Virus record (IMG/VR): IMGVR_UViG_3300032243_001325
Coordinates: 1 to 42,815 of that record
Length of the DNA stretch: 42,815 nt
Reading direction: 5' to 3' (one strand)
DNA from: a virus
Lineage: Duplodnaviria; Caudoviricetes
In this document: positions 1-6,379 of the stretch, in pieces
Layout of the letters: the number at the start of each line of letters is the position of its first letter
Position numbering within the stretch: position 1 is the stretch's first letter
Position numbers and translations under genes: made by a program
The notes under the pieces: model-generated
Database searches by the model: none
Seen by the model: only the letters and a program-made list of their open reading frames with translations
Told to the model about the DNA's origin: nothing

Positions 1-2
1 CT

Positions 3-359
3 GTGAAGTTTATGGCACACCGCAAGATTGCTGGCAAAATGCCTAGGCCTGAAGACATCTTGTCAGGCAAGGAAAAAGAGCTGAATGTCAAGGAAGTAAG
101 TGCCATGTATAGCCTGGTAATCAGCATGTGCTATGAGCTCAAGGCGGCCATCGAGAAGAAGGTTGCCGACAAAGAATTCCATGCCATGGCTGATAACTTC
201 TTTGCCTACATGATGAAGAACTTTGAAACTGAACTGGTGGTCATGGGTGCTAGAATTGCCCTTACCACATACAACTTACCATTCCAACCTACCAAGCTGA
301 AAAACTTTGACGAGTTCCACAGCCGGTATGGCAAGTATATTTTGGCTGCAAGTGCCTAA
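3..359 (+). CDS. C-terminal part of MoxR-like AAA+ ATPase (truncated by window edge)
   Basis: Helical C-terminal region (KFMAHRK...EVSAMYSL...NFETELVVMGA...FDEFHSRYGKYI) resembles phage AAA ATPases that pair with DUF2201 vWA proteins. The partner gene is at 3798. Walker motifs lie outside the window. Confidence 0.65.
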   Translation: MKFMAHRKIAGKMPRPEDILSGKEKELNVKEVSAMYSLVISMCYELKAAIEKKVADKEFHAMADNFFAYMMKNFETELVVMGARIALTTYNLPFQPTKLKNFDEFHSRYGKYILAASA

Positions 360-367
360 CTAGCCAA

Positions 368-420
368 GGGAGGGTGGTGTAGCGGTATTACACAGGGCTG
401 TGTTCGCACCGCCCTCCAAC
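368..420 (+). other. Intergenic structured element (11-bp stem; tRNA-like remnant or terminator-like hairpin)
   Basis: GGAGGGTGGTG (369-379) pairs with CACCGCCCTCC (407-417). An alternative fold has a GTGT/ACAC D-arm-like stem with a GG loop and a GTG-TTCG-CAC hairpin. Confidence 0.5.
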
Positions 421-427
421 CTTTTAT

Positions 428-682
428 ATGAACTACAGCATACACGACGCTCAACCAAACAAGTATTTCAAGTATATTGTCAATATACATCGGATGTTGG
501 AGTTCCACACGGCAAGACAATGGATGAGTCAGACCTATGGATTTACCGAGGATATAATGAAAGATCTGCCTGAGACCAATCCGCATTGGGCATTTTTTCT
601 CAAGTTCTCAACACACAAGATTTATCTACGAGGTGATGAAGAACTGAGTTGGTTTAAGATACGATGGGGTGACCCAACGTGA
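428..682 (+). CDS. Small paralog-family protein 1 (84 aa)
   Basis: C-terminus IYLRGDEELSWFKIRWG; GTGA overlap with next ORF. Confidence 0.8.
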   Translation: MNYSIHDAQPNKYFKYIVNIHRMLEFHTARQWMSQTYGFTEDIMKDLPETNPHWAFFLKFSTHKIYLRGDEELSWFKIRWGDPT

Positions 683-861
683 AAATAGCCAGCGTCATGG
701 CACCCTCCTCTGGAGATGGGCATGTGGCCTATAGAGGATGGACTCCGTGTATTGAATGGTGCGATGAGAACTGCGAAGGGCCGTGGCTGTTTGTCTCAGA
801 AGGTGTATTTGAGTTTGAATGGGATACAGATTATGTCATGTTTATGTTGAGGTGGGCATGA
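679..861 (+). CDS. Small paralog-family protein 2 (60 aa)
   Basis: CIEWCDENC helix; C-terminus FEFEWDTDYVMFMLRWA; ATGA overlap. Confidence 0.8.
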   Translation: MKIASVMAPSSGDGHVAYRGWTPCIEWCDENCEGPWLFVSEGVFEFEWDTDYVMFMLRWA

Positions 862-1079
862 TCAAAGTTACGACCGCAGATCCAACATTCAATCGGGCAT
901 ATGTAAATGCTTTTCGTGCCCTGCCGGTTGTAACATTAGAAACACCCAGACAGTATGGAGCACGTTGGCGTGAAGCATATCGTTGTAGAGTTACCCGCGG
1001 TGGTCCTGGGTGGCCCATACAGGAGTACGTATTTGATTGCGATGAAGATTACACTTGGTTCATGTTGAGGTGGTCATGA
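858..1079 (+). CDS. Small paralog-family protein 3 (73 aa; start re-assigned to ATG 858)
   Basis: ATGA overlap at 858-861 with GAGG 5 nt upstream; C-terminus YVFDCDEDYTWFMLRWS. Confidence 0.8.
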   Translation: MIKVTTADPTFNRAYVNAFRALPVVTLETPRQYGARWREAYRCRVTRGGPGWPIQEYVFDCDEDYTWFMLRWS

Positions 1080-1309
1080 AACAGTTTACTGCTTGGCCGC
1101 CACCTGCATGGACCGAATGTGTGATTACCTGGAACTGGATCTTGGAATCCTATCCTGGCAGTCCCAATGATATATATGTATGGTGCGATCAATATCCCAG
1201 CTCATCACGCTACCATGTACATGGTTGGCACAGCACCGAAGGATTTGCATTCCGTTTTGAGGACCCGCAAGATGCTATTATTTTTCAATTGACTTGGCCT
1301 GCCGAATGA
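1076..1309 (+). CDS. Small paralog-family protein 4 (77 aa; start re-assigned to ATG 1076)
   Basis: ATGA overlap; IYVWCDQY helix; C-terminus GFAFRFEDPQDAIIFQLTW. Confidence 0.8.
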   Translation: MKQFTAWPPPAWTECVITWNWILESYPGSPNDIYVWCDQYPSSSRYHVHGWHSTEGFAFRFEDPQDAIIFQLTWPAE

Positions 1310-1596
1310 ACTACTACTATGAAATAGATCCCAAGTATGATGGCACTGTCTTTGGTGACCGATGGCGCTATTGGTGTATGGCCAACTGCTCACCTGCAGA
1401 CAACGGCCGTATGTGTTTCAAGACGCACGACGAGTTTGTTGCCCGTAGCAGTAGAGTATGGGTAGAAAATCGCAACGGTGTTTATCAAGTCAAACCCGAC
1501 TGGTATGGCATGCGTGGAGGTGTAGACCCACAAGAATTTACCTTGGTCAAATTGCGAGCTCGAACAATCAAATGGTGGTCAGATGAGCCAGAATGA
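1306..1596 (+). CDS. Small protein, divergent paralog-family member 5 (96 aa; start ATG 1306)
   Basis: ATGA overlap; WRYWCM; near-terminal VDPQEFTLVKLRA is a weaker motif match. Confidence 0.75.
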   Translation: MNYYYEIDPKYDGTVFGDRWRYWCMANCSPADNGRMCFKTHDEFVARSSRVWVENRNGVYQVKPDWYGMRGGVDPQEFTLVKLRARTIKWWSDEPE

Positions 1597-1915
1597 TATG
1601 AAATCTCGGCTGGCAAAAATTGTACAGCAGATTCCTTCGGCCAGCCGAGATGAGTATTATGCTGATACTGCCTCACGGTTAGATACCATCATAGGTGGTG
1701 ATACCCAACACTTCCTGCGCTTGCAACGAGCCAAGGTCGAATGGGATGATCTAGCTCATGCGGTGCCTGTTGGGCAAGGATTCCTGACCTTTGATGACTA
1801 TGTGGAAGAATACTACGGTATCAGATTGAAGTATGATGGTGACAATGTGAGCCTAGCCTACGAAATCATCAATGAACGGAAATACACTGTGTTCTTATTA
1901 AAGTTCAACAGATAA
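1583..1915 (+). CDS. Small paralog-family protein 6 (110 aa)
   Basis: C-terminus YEIINERKYTVFLLKFNR; TAATG overlap. Confidence 0.8.
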   Translation: MSQNDMKSRLAKIVQQIPSASRDEYYADTASRLDTIIGGDTQHFLRLQRAKVEWDDLAHAVPVGQGFLTFDDYVEEYYGIRLKYDGDNVSLAYEIINERKYTVFLLKFNR

Positions 1916-2163
1916 TGCATGTAAACAACTGGACCCTTCCTAGACCCGCAGAAGAAGTGCTCGATCAGTGTCACGAGGTCATCATCAATGATCCTGCATT
2001 TAGAATGTGGGCTATGAAAAAGTTCTGTAGAGAACAGAACCTAAGTTTGATATGGAGTGAACTGGTTGATACGTCAGATGTCAGTGCCCTGTTTGATGAG
2101 GCTTGTGCTTTTTACTTCGTTGATCCTGCGGATGCTACCCTGTTTAGATTACGGTTTAAATAA
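1915..2163 (+). CDS. Small paralog-family protein 7 (82 aa)
   Basis: MKKFCREQN helix; C-terminus AFYFVDPADATLFRLRFK; TAATG overlaps at both ends. Confidence 0.8.
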   Translation: MHVNNWTLPRPAEEVLDQCHEVIINDPAFRMWAMKKFCREQNLSLIWSELVDTSDVSALFDEACAFYFVDPADATLFRLRFK

Positions 2164-2390
2164 TGGCCATAGAACGTAACCCTAAACTACTGATTCCAGT
2201 AAAGACCTACAGTCATTATACAGAATGCGAACCTTGGTGTGAAGCCAATGTGGGTGTGTGGAATGTGACCTGGTGGAAGGACTTTGCAGATATTGCCATG
2301 AATGTGGCTCTGGGCGAAGGGCCACAACCCGACTGTTATTGGTTTGAGAGTGAACAAGATGCCTTAATGTTTAGGTTACGATTTGTATGA
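2163..2390 (+). CDS. Small paralog-family protein 8 (75 aa)
   Basis: CEPWCEANVG helix; C-terminus YWFESEQDALMFRLRFV. Confidence 0.8.
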   Translation: MAIERNPKLLIPVKTYSHYTECEPWCEANVGVWNVTWWKDFADIAMNVALGEGPQPDCYWFESEQDALMFRLRFV

Positions 2391-2596
2391 TTAACTGGTC
2401 ATGGCTAATTGCTCGTCTTATTAGTGCCATTGGATCGTGGCTAGATGCCAGCAACCTACGCAATCGTGTGTATCAACTACAAGAAGAAAACGAAATCATG
2501 CGTACTGCCTTGGAAGATATACAACGCATGGATGCAGAAGGTCGCATGGGCTGGTATGCCAAACGCACCATCGATCACATCGAAGGTAGAGAATAA
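2387..2596 (+). CDS. Hypothetical protein with short coiled coil (69 aa)
   Basis: Overlaps both neighbours; amphipathic N-terminus then LRNRVYQLQEENEIMRTALEDI; lacks the family motif. Confidence 0.75.
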   Translation: MINWSWLIARLISAIGSWLDASNLRNRVYQLQEENEIMRTALEDIQRMDAEGRMGWYAKRTIDHIEGRE

Positions 2597-3438
2597 TGTA
2601 TCGCATGGGATTTGATCTCGGGGGTACCAAGTTAAAGGTCGTGGTACTCGATGATGGCAACGGTGTTGTCTACGAGGATACTACCGCAACACCCATGCGA
2701 CCCTCAGACATCTACAACTGTTTCGGCATCATGTATCAGGAAGCTGTGACACGGATCAACTTTGCTGGTCACACCATTGGAGTAGGTATTCCTGGCAACG
2801 TAGTAAGGCCCACATACCTGCTGGAAGGCACCAATATTCCTAGTGCGTTATTTGATTGTTTTAATCGTATATGTCGGATTGACAATGATGCCAACTGTTT
2901 TACCTGGGGTGAAGCTGTGCTAGGAGCTGGCCGCGGAGCTGACTCGGTATTTGGTGTGATTTTGGGCACTGGTGTGGGCGGCGGAGTGGTTGTCAACGGA
3001 CAACTGTATCGTGGTAATTCGGGCCTGGCAGCCGAATGGGGCCATGTGCCCTTGTACGCCGATGGACTACCCTGTTGGTGTGGTCAACAAGGTTGTGCTG
3101 AACAGTATATCAGTGGTCGTGCTGTGGAAAAGAAGTATCGCATAAACGCCGACCGTACTGAACTGGATGCGTCCGCTATTTTCAATACCAATGATCTGGT
3201 CAGTTTTGCCATACGTCATGACTTTTACCGCGATCTTGCTCAGGGTCTGGCCAACATCATCAACTACTATGATCCTGAAGTCATTGTAATCGGTGGTGGC
3301 GTGAGTAATCACAAAGAAATTTATCAAGTGGTGCCCAACTTGGTAGAACCACTTATTTTCAACAAAGAGCTAAGAACTCGGATCGTACAATCCGAACTAG
3401 GCGACAGCAGTGGAGCCATCGGGGCTGCCTTGCTATGA
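2596..3438 (+). CDS. ROK-family sugar kinase (Mak/fructokinase-like)
   Basis: GFDLGGTK phosphate loop, DNDANC, GTGVGGG, EWGH and CWCGQQGCAE zinc motif, PEVIVIGGGVS, GAIGAA. Confidence 0.92.
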   Translation: MYRMGFDLGGTKLKVVVLDDGNGVVYEDTTATPMRPSDIYNCFGIMYQEAVTRINFAGHTIGVGIPGNVVRPTYLLEGTNIPSALFDCFNRICRIDNDANCFTWGEAVLGAGRGADSVFGVILGTGVGGGVVVNGQLYRGNSGLAAEWGHVPLYADGLPCWCGQQGCAEQYISGRAVEKKYRINADRTELDASAIFNTNDLVSFAIRHDFYRDLAQGLANIINYYDPEVIVIGGGVSNHKEIYQVVPNLVEPLIFNKELRTRIVQSELGDSSGAIGAALL

Positions 3439-3737
3439 AGATCACCATAAAGAAGAATCTGATCATATTCCACAAGCCCTATGAATGGTATCAACTGACC
3501 GAGCGTCTTAGATCCGACTATGGACCAAGTATCATGCTTATTTCGTCACGATGCAAGCGAGAATTGGGATTTACTGTCCGACATCACAAGGGTCTAGTGG
3601 AACACGATAAGGGCACCTGGGAAGTGATGAAATCGGAAGGATTCCATAACCGTTATCATTATGAAGACCAGGTGCATTTGGACTTCTATAACGAAGCTCA
3701 ACAGACGTTTTTTGTGCTTAAATACCTAAATAACTAG
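3435..3737 (+). CDS. Small paralog-family protein 9 (100 aa)
   Basis: ATGA overlap with kinase; C-terminus VHLDFYNEAQQTFFVLKYL. Confidence 0.8.
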   Translation: MKITIKKNLIIFHKPYEWYQLTERLRSDYGPSIMLISSRCKRELGFTVRHHKGLVEHDKGTWEVMKSEGFHNRYHYEDQVHLDFYNEAQQTFFVLKYLNN

Positions 3738-3740
3738 CGG

Positions 3741-3769
3741 TTGACCAATAATTCCATTTCGTATATAAT
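3741..3769 (+). promoter_or_regulatory. Sigma70-type (early) promoter
   Basis: TTGACC-17 bp-TATAAT; AAGGA SD upstream of ATG 3798. Confidence 0.8.
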
Positions 3770-3797
3770 AGTAGTATAGTTAATAATAAGGACAGGT

Positions 3798-5087
3798 ATG
3801 AGCACAGCCACTACAGCCAACAAAAAAGAGTCAGACAAGTTTAAGAACTTATTGGGTCCTACTGATGCCAAATTGGATCGTGATGTGCGTGAACGCTTGA
3901 TCACTGCTCGTGTGGGCCTGCTACTCCGTGCCAGCTTTTTTGGTAACTTGGCCACTCGTTTGAAGTTGGTAAATGCTGACGAATGGTGTCCTACTGCCGC
4001 AACCGACGGGCGTAATTTTTACTACAATAGCCGTTTCATAGACATGCTCAAACCCAAAGAAGTAGAATTTTTGTTCGGTCATGAGGTCTTGCATTGTGTG
4101 TATGATCACTTTGGACGTCGCGGCGATCGTGACCCGCAATTGTTTAACATCGCCAATGACTATTGTGTCAATGCCGACTTGAAGAAGCATCGTGTAGGTG
4201 AGTTTATTACAAGTGTGCCTTGTTTATATGATAGCAAGTATCAGGACATGAGTTCAGAAGAAATCTATGATATCTTGTACGAGAATGCTGAAAAGATCGA
4301 TATTAGTGATCTGATTGACAAATTGCTAGACGACCATTTGGATGGTGATGGTCAGGATGGTGCAGGTGAAGACGGCGACGAGCAGAGCAAGAATGGCAAG
4401 GGTCGTCCCAAATTAAGTGCAGAGGAAAAGCAAAAAATTCGCGATGAAATCAAAGAAGCTGTGCTAGCGGCTGCCAGTGCCAGTGATGGTGCAGGTAACT
4501 TGCCCGCAGGTGTCAAACGTATCATCGAAGACATGACTGCACCCAAGATGAACTGGCGTGAACTGCTTCGTATGCAGTTGGAGAGTACTATTAAGAGTGA
4601 CTATACCTGGATGCGTAACAGTCGTAGAGGCTGGCACATGGATGCTGTCATGCCCGGTATGAAGCTGGATCCCATGATTGATATTGCCGTCAGTATCGAT
4701 GCGTCAGGATCCATGTTAGACAGCATGCTCAAAGACTTCCTGGGCGAAGTAGCCGGTATCATGGAGCAGTTCCCTAATTATCGTATCCATGTGTTATCGT
4801 TTGATACACAGGTTTACAATCCACAACAGTTTGATAGTGAAAACTTGGACGATATTACTGGTTATGAAATCAAAGGTGGTGGCGGTACAGACTTTGACTG
4901 TGTGTTTGAATACTTCAAAGAAAACGAAATCGAACCCAAGCGTCATATCATGTTCACAGATGGCTATCCAAACGGGTCGTGGGGAGATGAGCAGTATTGC
5001 GATACTGTGTTTATTATCCATGGTAGCAAGACCATTGTTCCACCATTTGGGCAGTATGCCTATTACGAAGAAGAAAGCAGACATTAA
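3798..5087 (+). CDS. Putative metallopeptidase + vWA-like domain protein (DUF2201 type)
   Basis: TAATDG, HEVLH (HExxH), NIANDYCVN, acidic linker, MIDAS DASGS, GGGGTDF, FTDGY. Confidence 0.9.
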   Translation: MSTATTANKKESDKFKNLLGPTDAKLDRDVRERLITARVGLLLRASFFGNLATRLKLVNADEWCPTAATDGRNFYYNSRFIDMLKPKEVEFLFGHEVLHCVYDHFGRRGDRDPQLFNIANDYCVNADLKKHRVGEFITSVPCLYDSKYQDMSSEEIYDILYENAEKIDISDLIDKLLDDHLDGDGQDGAGEDGDEQSKNGKGRPKLSAEEKQKIRDEIKEAVLAAASASDGAGNLPAGVKRIIEDMTAPKMNWRELLRMQLESTIKSDYTWMRNSRRGWHMDAVMPGMKLDPMIDIAVSIDASGSMLDSMLKDFLGEVAGIMEQFPNYRIHVLSFDTQVYNPQQFDSENLDDITGYEIKGGGGTDFDCVFEYFKENEIEPKRHIMFTDGYPNGSWGDEQYCDTVFIIHGSKTIVPPFGQYAYYEEESRH

Positions 5088-5088
5088 T

Positions 5089-5256
5089 ATGGCCGTTAAA
5101 TCCTGGTACCTAAGCGTGGTAGATAGCTCTACACACAAACCTGTAATCCACAAGATGTTTTTTACAGCACCTGAAATGAATCGATTTATCAAAGAACAAG
5201 AGATCTTGGACAAGTATAAGAAACCTGCTTATTATATTGTAAAGGAGAACTATTGA
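5089..5256 (+). CDS. Hypothetical protein (55 aa, MAVKSWYL...)
   Basis: ATG 1 nt after the vWA stop; corresponds to the tail of track ORF 4789..5256. Confidence 0.7.
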   Translation: MAVKSWYLSVVDSSTHKPVIHKMFFTAPEMNRFIKEQEILDKYKKPAYYIVKENY

Positions 5257-5330
5257 TGGTCATGTGGATCGCCCTAGTGATAATCGTCATGGTTATTGTT
5301 GCAATTGCTGTGGATACCAGTGAGTATTAG
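5256..5330 (+). CDS. 24-aa single-pass membrane peptide (MVMWIALVIIVMVIVAIAVDTSEY)
   Basis: TGATG overlap, AAGGAG SD about 8 nt upstream, fills the gap exactly; not in ORF track. Confidence 0.6.
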   Translation: MVMWIALVIIVMVIVAIAVDTSEY

Positions 5331-5331
5331 C

Positions 5332-5544
5332 ATGAACTCACGCTTGTTAGAACTCAAATCCCAAGCCGAGATCATCACGGTCAACGGAGAAAGCCGCTAT
5401 GCCTTACCAGACGAATTTGCCGAACGATTTGCTGAATTGATTGTAGAAGAATGCGCTGGATTGTTTACACTTACATTTACCGATGAACAATATCAGCGTA
5501 GGATTGATAAAACAATTAGAAAACATTTTGGAGAGGACCTATGA
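5332..5544 (+). CDS. Hypothetical protein, 'FAELIVEEC...HFGE' family copy A (start ATG 5332)
   Basis: ERFAELIVEEC...IRKHFGEDL. Confidence 0.75.
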   Translation: MNSRLLELKSQAEIITVNGESRYALPDEFAERFAELIVEECAGLFTLTFTDEQYQRRIDKTIRKHFGEDL

Positions 5545-5765
5545 ACCACCTAGTTAAAGATATCATTGCCGAAGCCAGCGGCAAGTTTAAGCGTACTGTG
5601 CTCCAGCCCGAAAACAAGTTTTATGAAGGTGTGATGGCACGACATGAAGTTGATGTTGAAAGGGTCGCTGAACTGATGATTGAAGAATGCATACGCAATC
5701 TACAGTCAAACGGTTATGACGATGCCGCCGAAGCTGTTAAACAACATTTTGGAGAAGACAAGTGA
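5541..5765 (+). CDS. Hypothetical protein, 'FAELIVEEC...HFGE' family copy B
   Basis: ERVAELMIEEC...VKQHFGEDK; ATGA overlap, GGAGAGG SD. Confidence 0.75.
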   Translation: MNHLVKDIIAEASGKFKRTVLQPENKFYEGVMARHEVDVERVAELMIEECIRNLQSNGYDDAAEAVKQHFGEDK

Positions 5766-5920
5766 ACAATTTACTTCGAGCGTTAATAGCGTTGGTCATC
5801 ATCAACACAGGTGTAACTATATGGGCCAGCACCAGAGAATTCACAATCGCTGTTGGTGAAGAAGAGTGTCAAGTCCTGGGTACTAACTTTGTAAGATCTT
5901 TTTTGAAGGATGTAAAATGA
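5762..5920 (+). CDS. Small membrane-anchored protein (52 aa)
   Basis: GTGA overlap, GGAG SD; hydrophobic N-terminus MNNLLRALIALVIINTGVTIWAS; not in ORF track. Confidence 0.65.
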   Translation: MNNLLRALIALVIINTGVTIWASTREFTIAVGEEECQVLGTNFVRSFLKDVK

Positions 5921-6078
5921 ATCGAATCAAACAGTTTTTCTATCGTTATCATACCGAAATTATCTGGTTCCTAATGGGCTGGCTGACCTTGAGTGGCTTC
6001 CACGATCTAGGTAACGGCAACTATGTTGGTGCTGCAATATCCTGGGGCCTAGCATTTATTAACTATAAACTGAGATAA
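5917..6078 (+). CDS. Small two-TM membrane protein (53 aa)
   Basis: ATGA overlap, AAGGA SD; EIIWFLMGWLTLSG and YVGAAISWGLAFINY hydrophobic segments; followed by terminator. Confidence 0.65.
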   Translation: MNRIKQFFYRYHTEIIWFLMGWLTLSGFHDLGNGNYVGAAISWGLAFINYKLR

Positions 6079-6097
6079 ACCAGTATCAGTTTTACCG

Positions 6098-6122
6098 AAA
6101 CACCCCATTTAGGGGTGTTTTT
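6098..6122 (+). terminator. Rho-independent terminator
   Basis: AAACACCCC-ATTTA-GGGGTGTTT followed by a T-rich tract. Confidence 0.85.
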
Positions 6123-6157
6123 GTTTGAAAAAATAAATTAACGGCTAATATAAGTGT

Positions 6158-6163
6158 TAAATA
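6158..6163 (+). promoter_or_regulatory. Putative late promoter TAAATA
   Basis: GTTAAATA 5 nt before ATG 6169; same motif precedes structural genes. Confidence 0.55.
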
Positions 6164-6168
6164 TCTGC

Positions 6169-6378
6169 ATGGACAATACACAGATTACAATCGCAGATCT
6201 TGATACCATCAAGAACATCATAGACTTGGCCTGCACTCGCGGTGCATTCCGTGGTGGAGAAATCAGTCAAGTGGGTGCTGTCTATGACAAGCTCACTGTA
6301 TTTTTAGAAGCAGTAATAGCTCAGGCGCAAGCCCAAGAAGCCGCAAACGCTGAAGCCGGCAAACCCCAAGGAGAATAA
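6169..6378 (+). CDS. Conserved small myophage protein (IIDLACTRGAF...VGAVYDKL), start ATG 6169
   Basis: Helical 69-aa ORF after terminator and TAAATA. Confidence 0.8.
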   Translation: MDNTQITIADLDTIKNIIDLACTRGAFRGGEISQVGAVYDKLTVFLEAVIAQAQAQEAANAEAGKPQGE

Positions 6379-6379
6379 A

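Noticed and set aside
368-420. Functional tRNA gene
   Set aside because: Only about 51 nt, with no anticodon arm and no full T-loop; kept only as a structured element.
428-3737. CRISPR array, integron or DGR explanation for the repeated units
   Set aside because: The repeats are mainly at protein level. There are no identical direct repeats with spacers, no attC-like palindromes, and no integrase, reverse transcriptase or adenine-specific TR/VR pair in the window.
4789-5088. N-terminal 100 aa of track ORF 4789..5256
   Set aside because: Overlaps the vWA domain out of frame; the real start is most likely ATG 5089.
356-5213. Minus-strand ORFs opposite the early operon (356-586, 1205-1393, 1485-1676, 2769-2996, 3067-3327, 3734-3955, 3921-4190, 4352-4546, 4794-5213)
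   Set aside because: Antisense shadows of tightly coupled plus-strand genes; no motifs or RBS.
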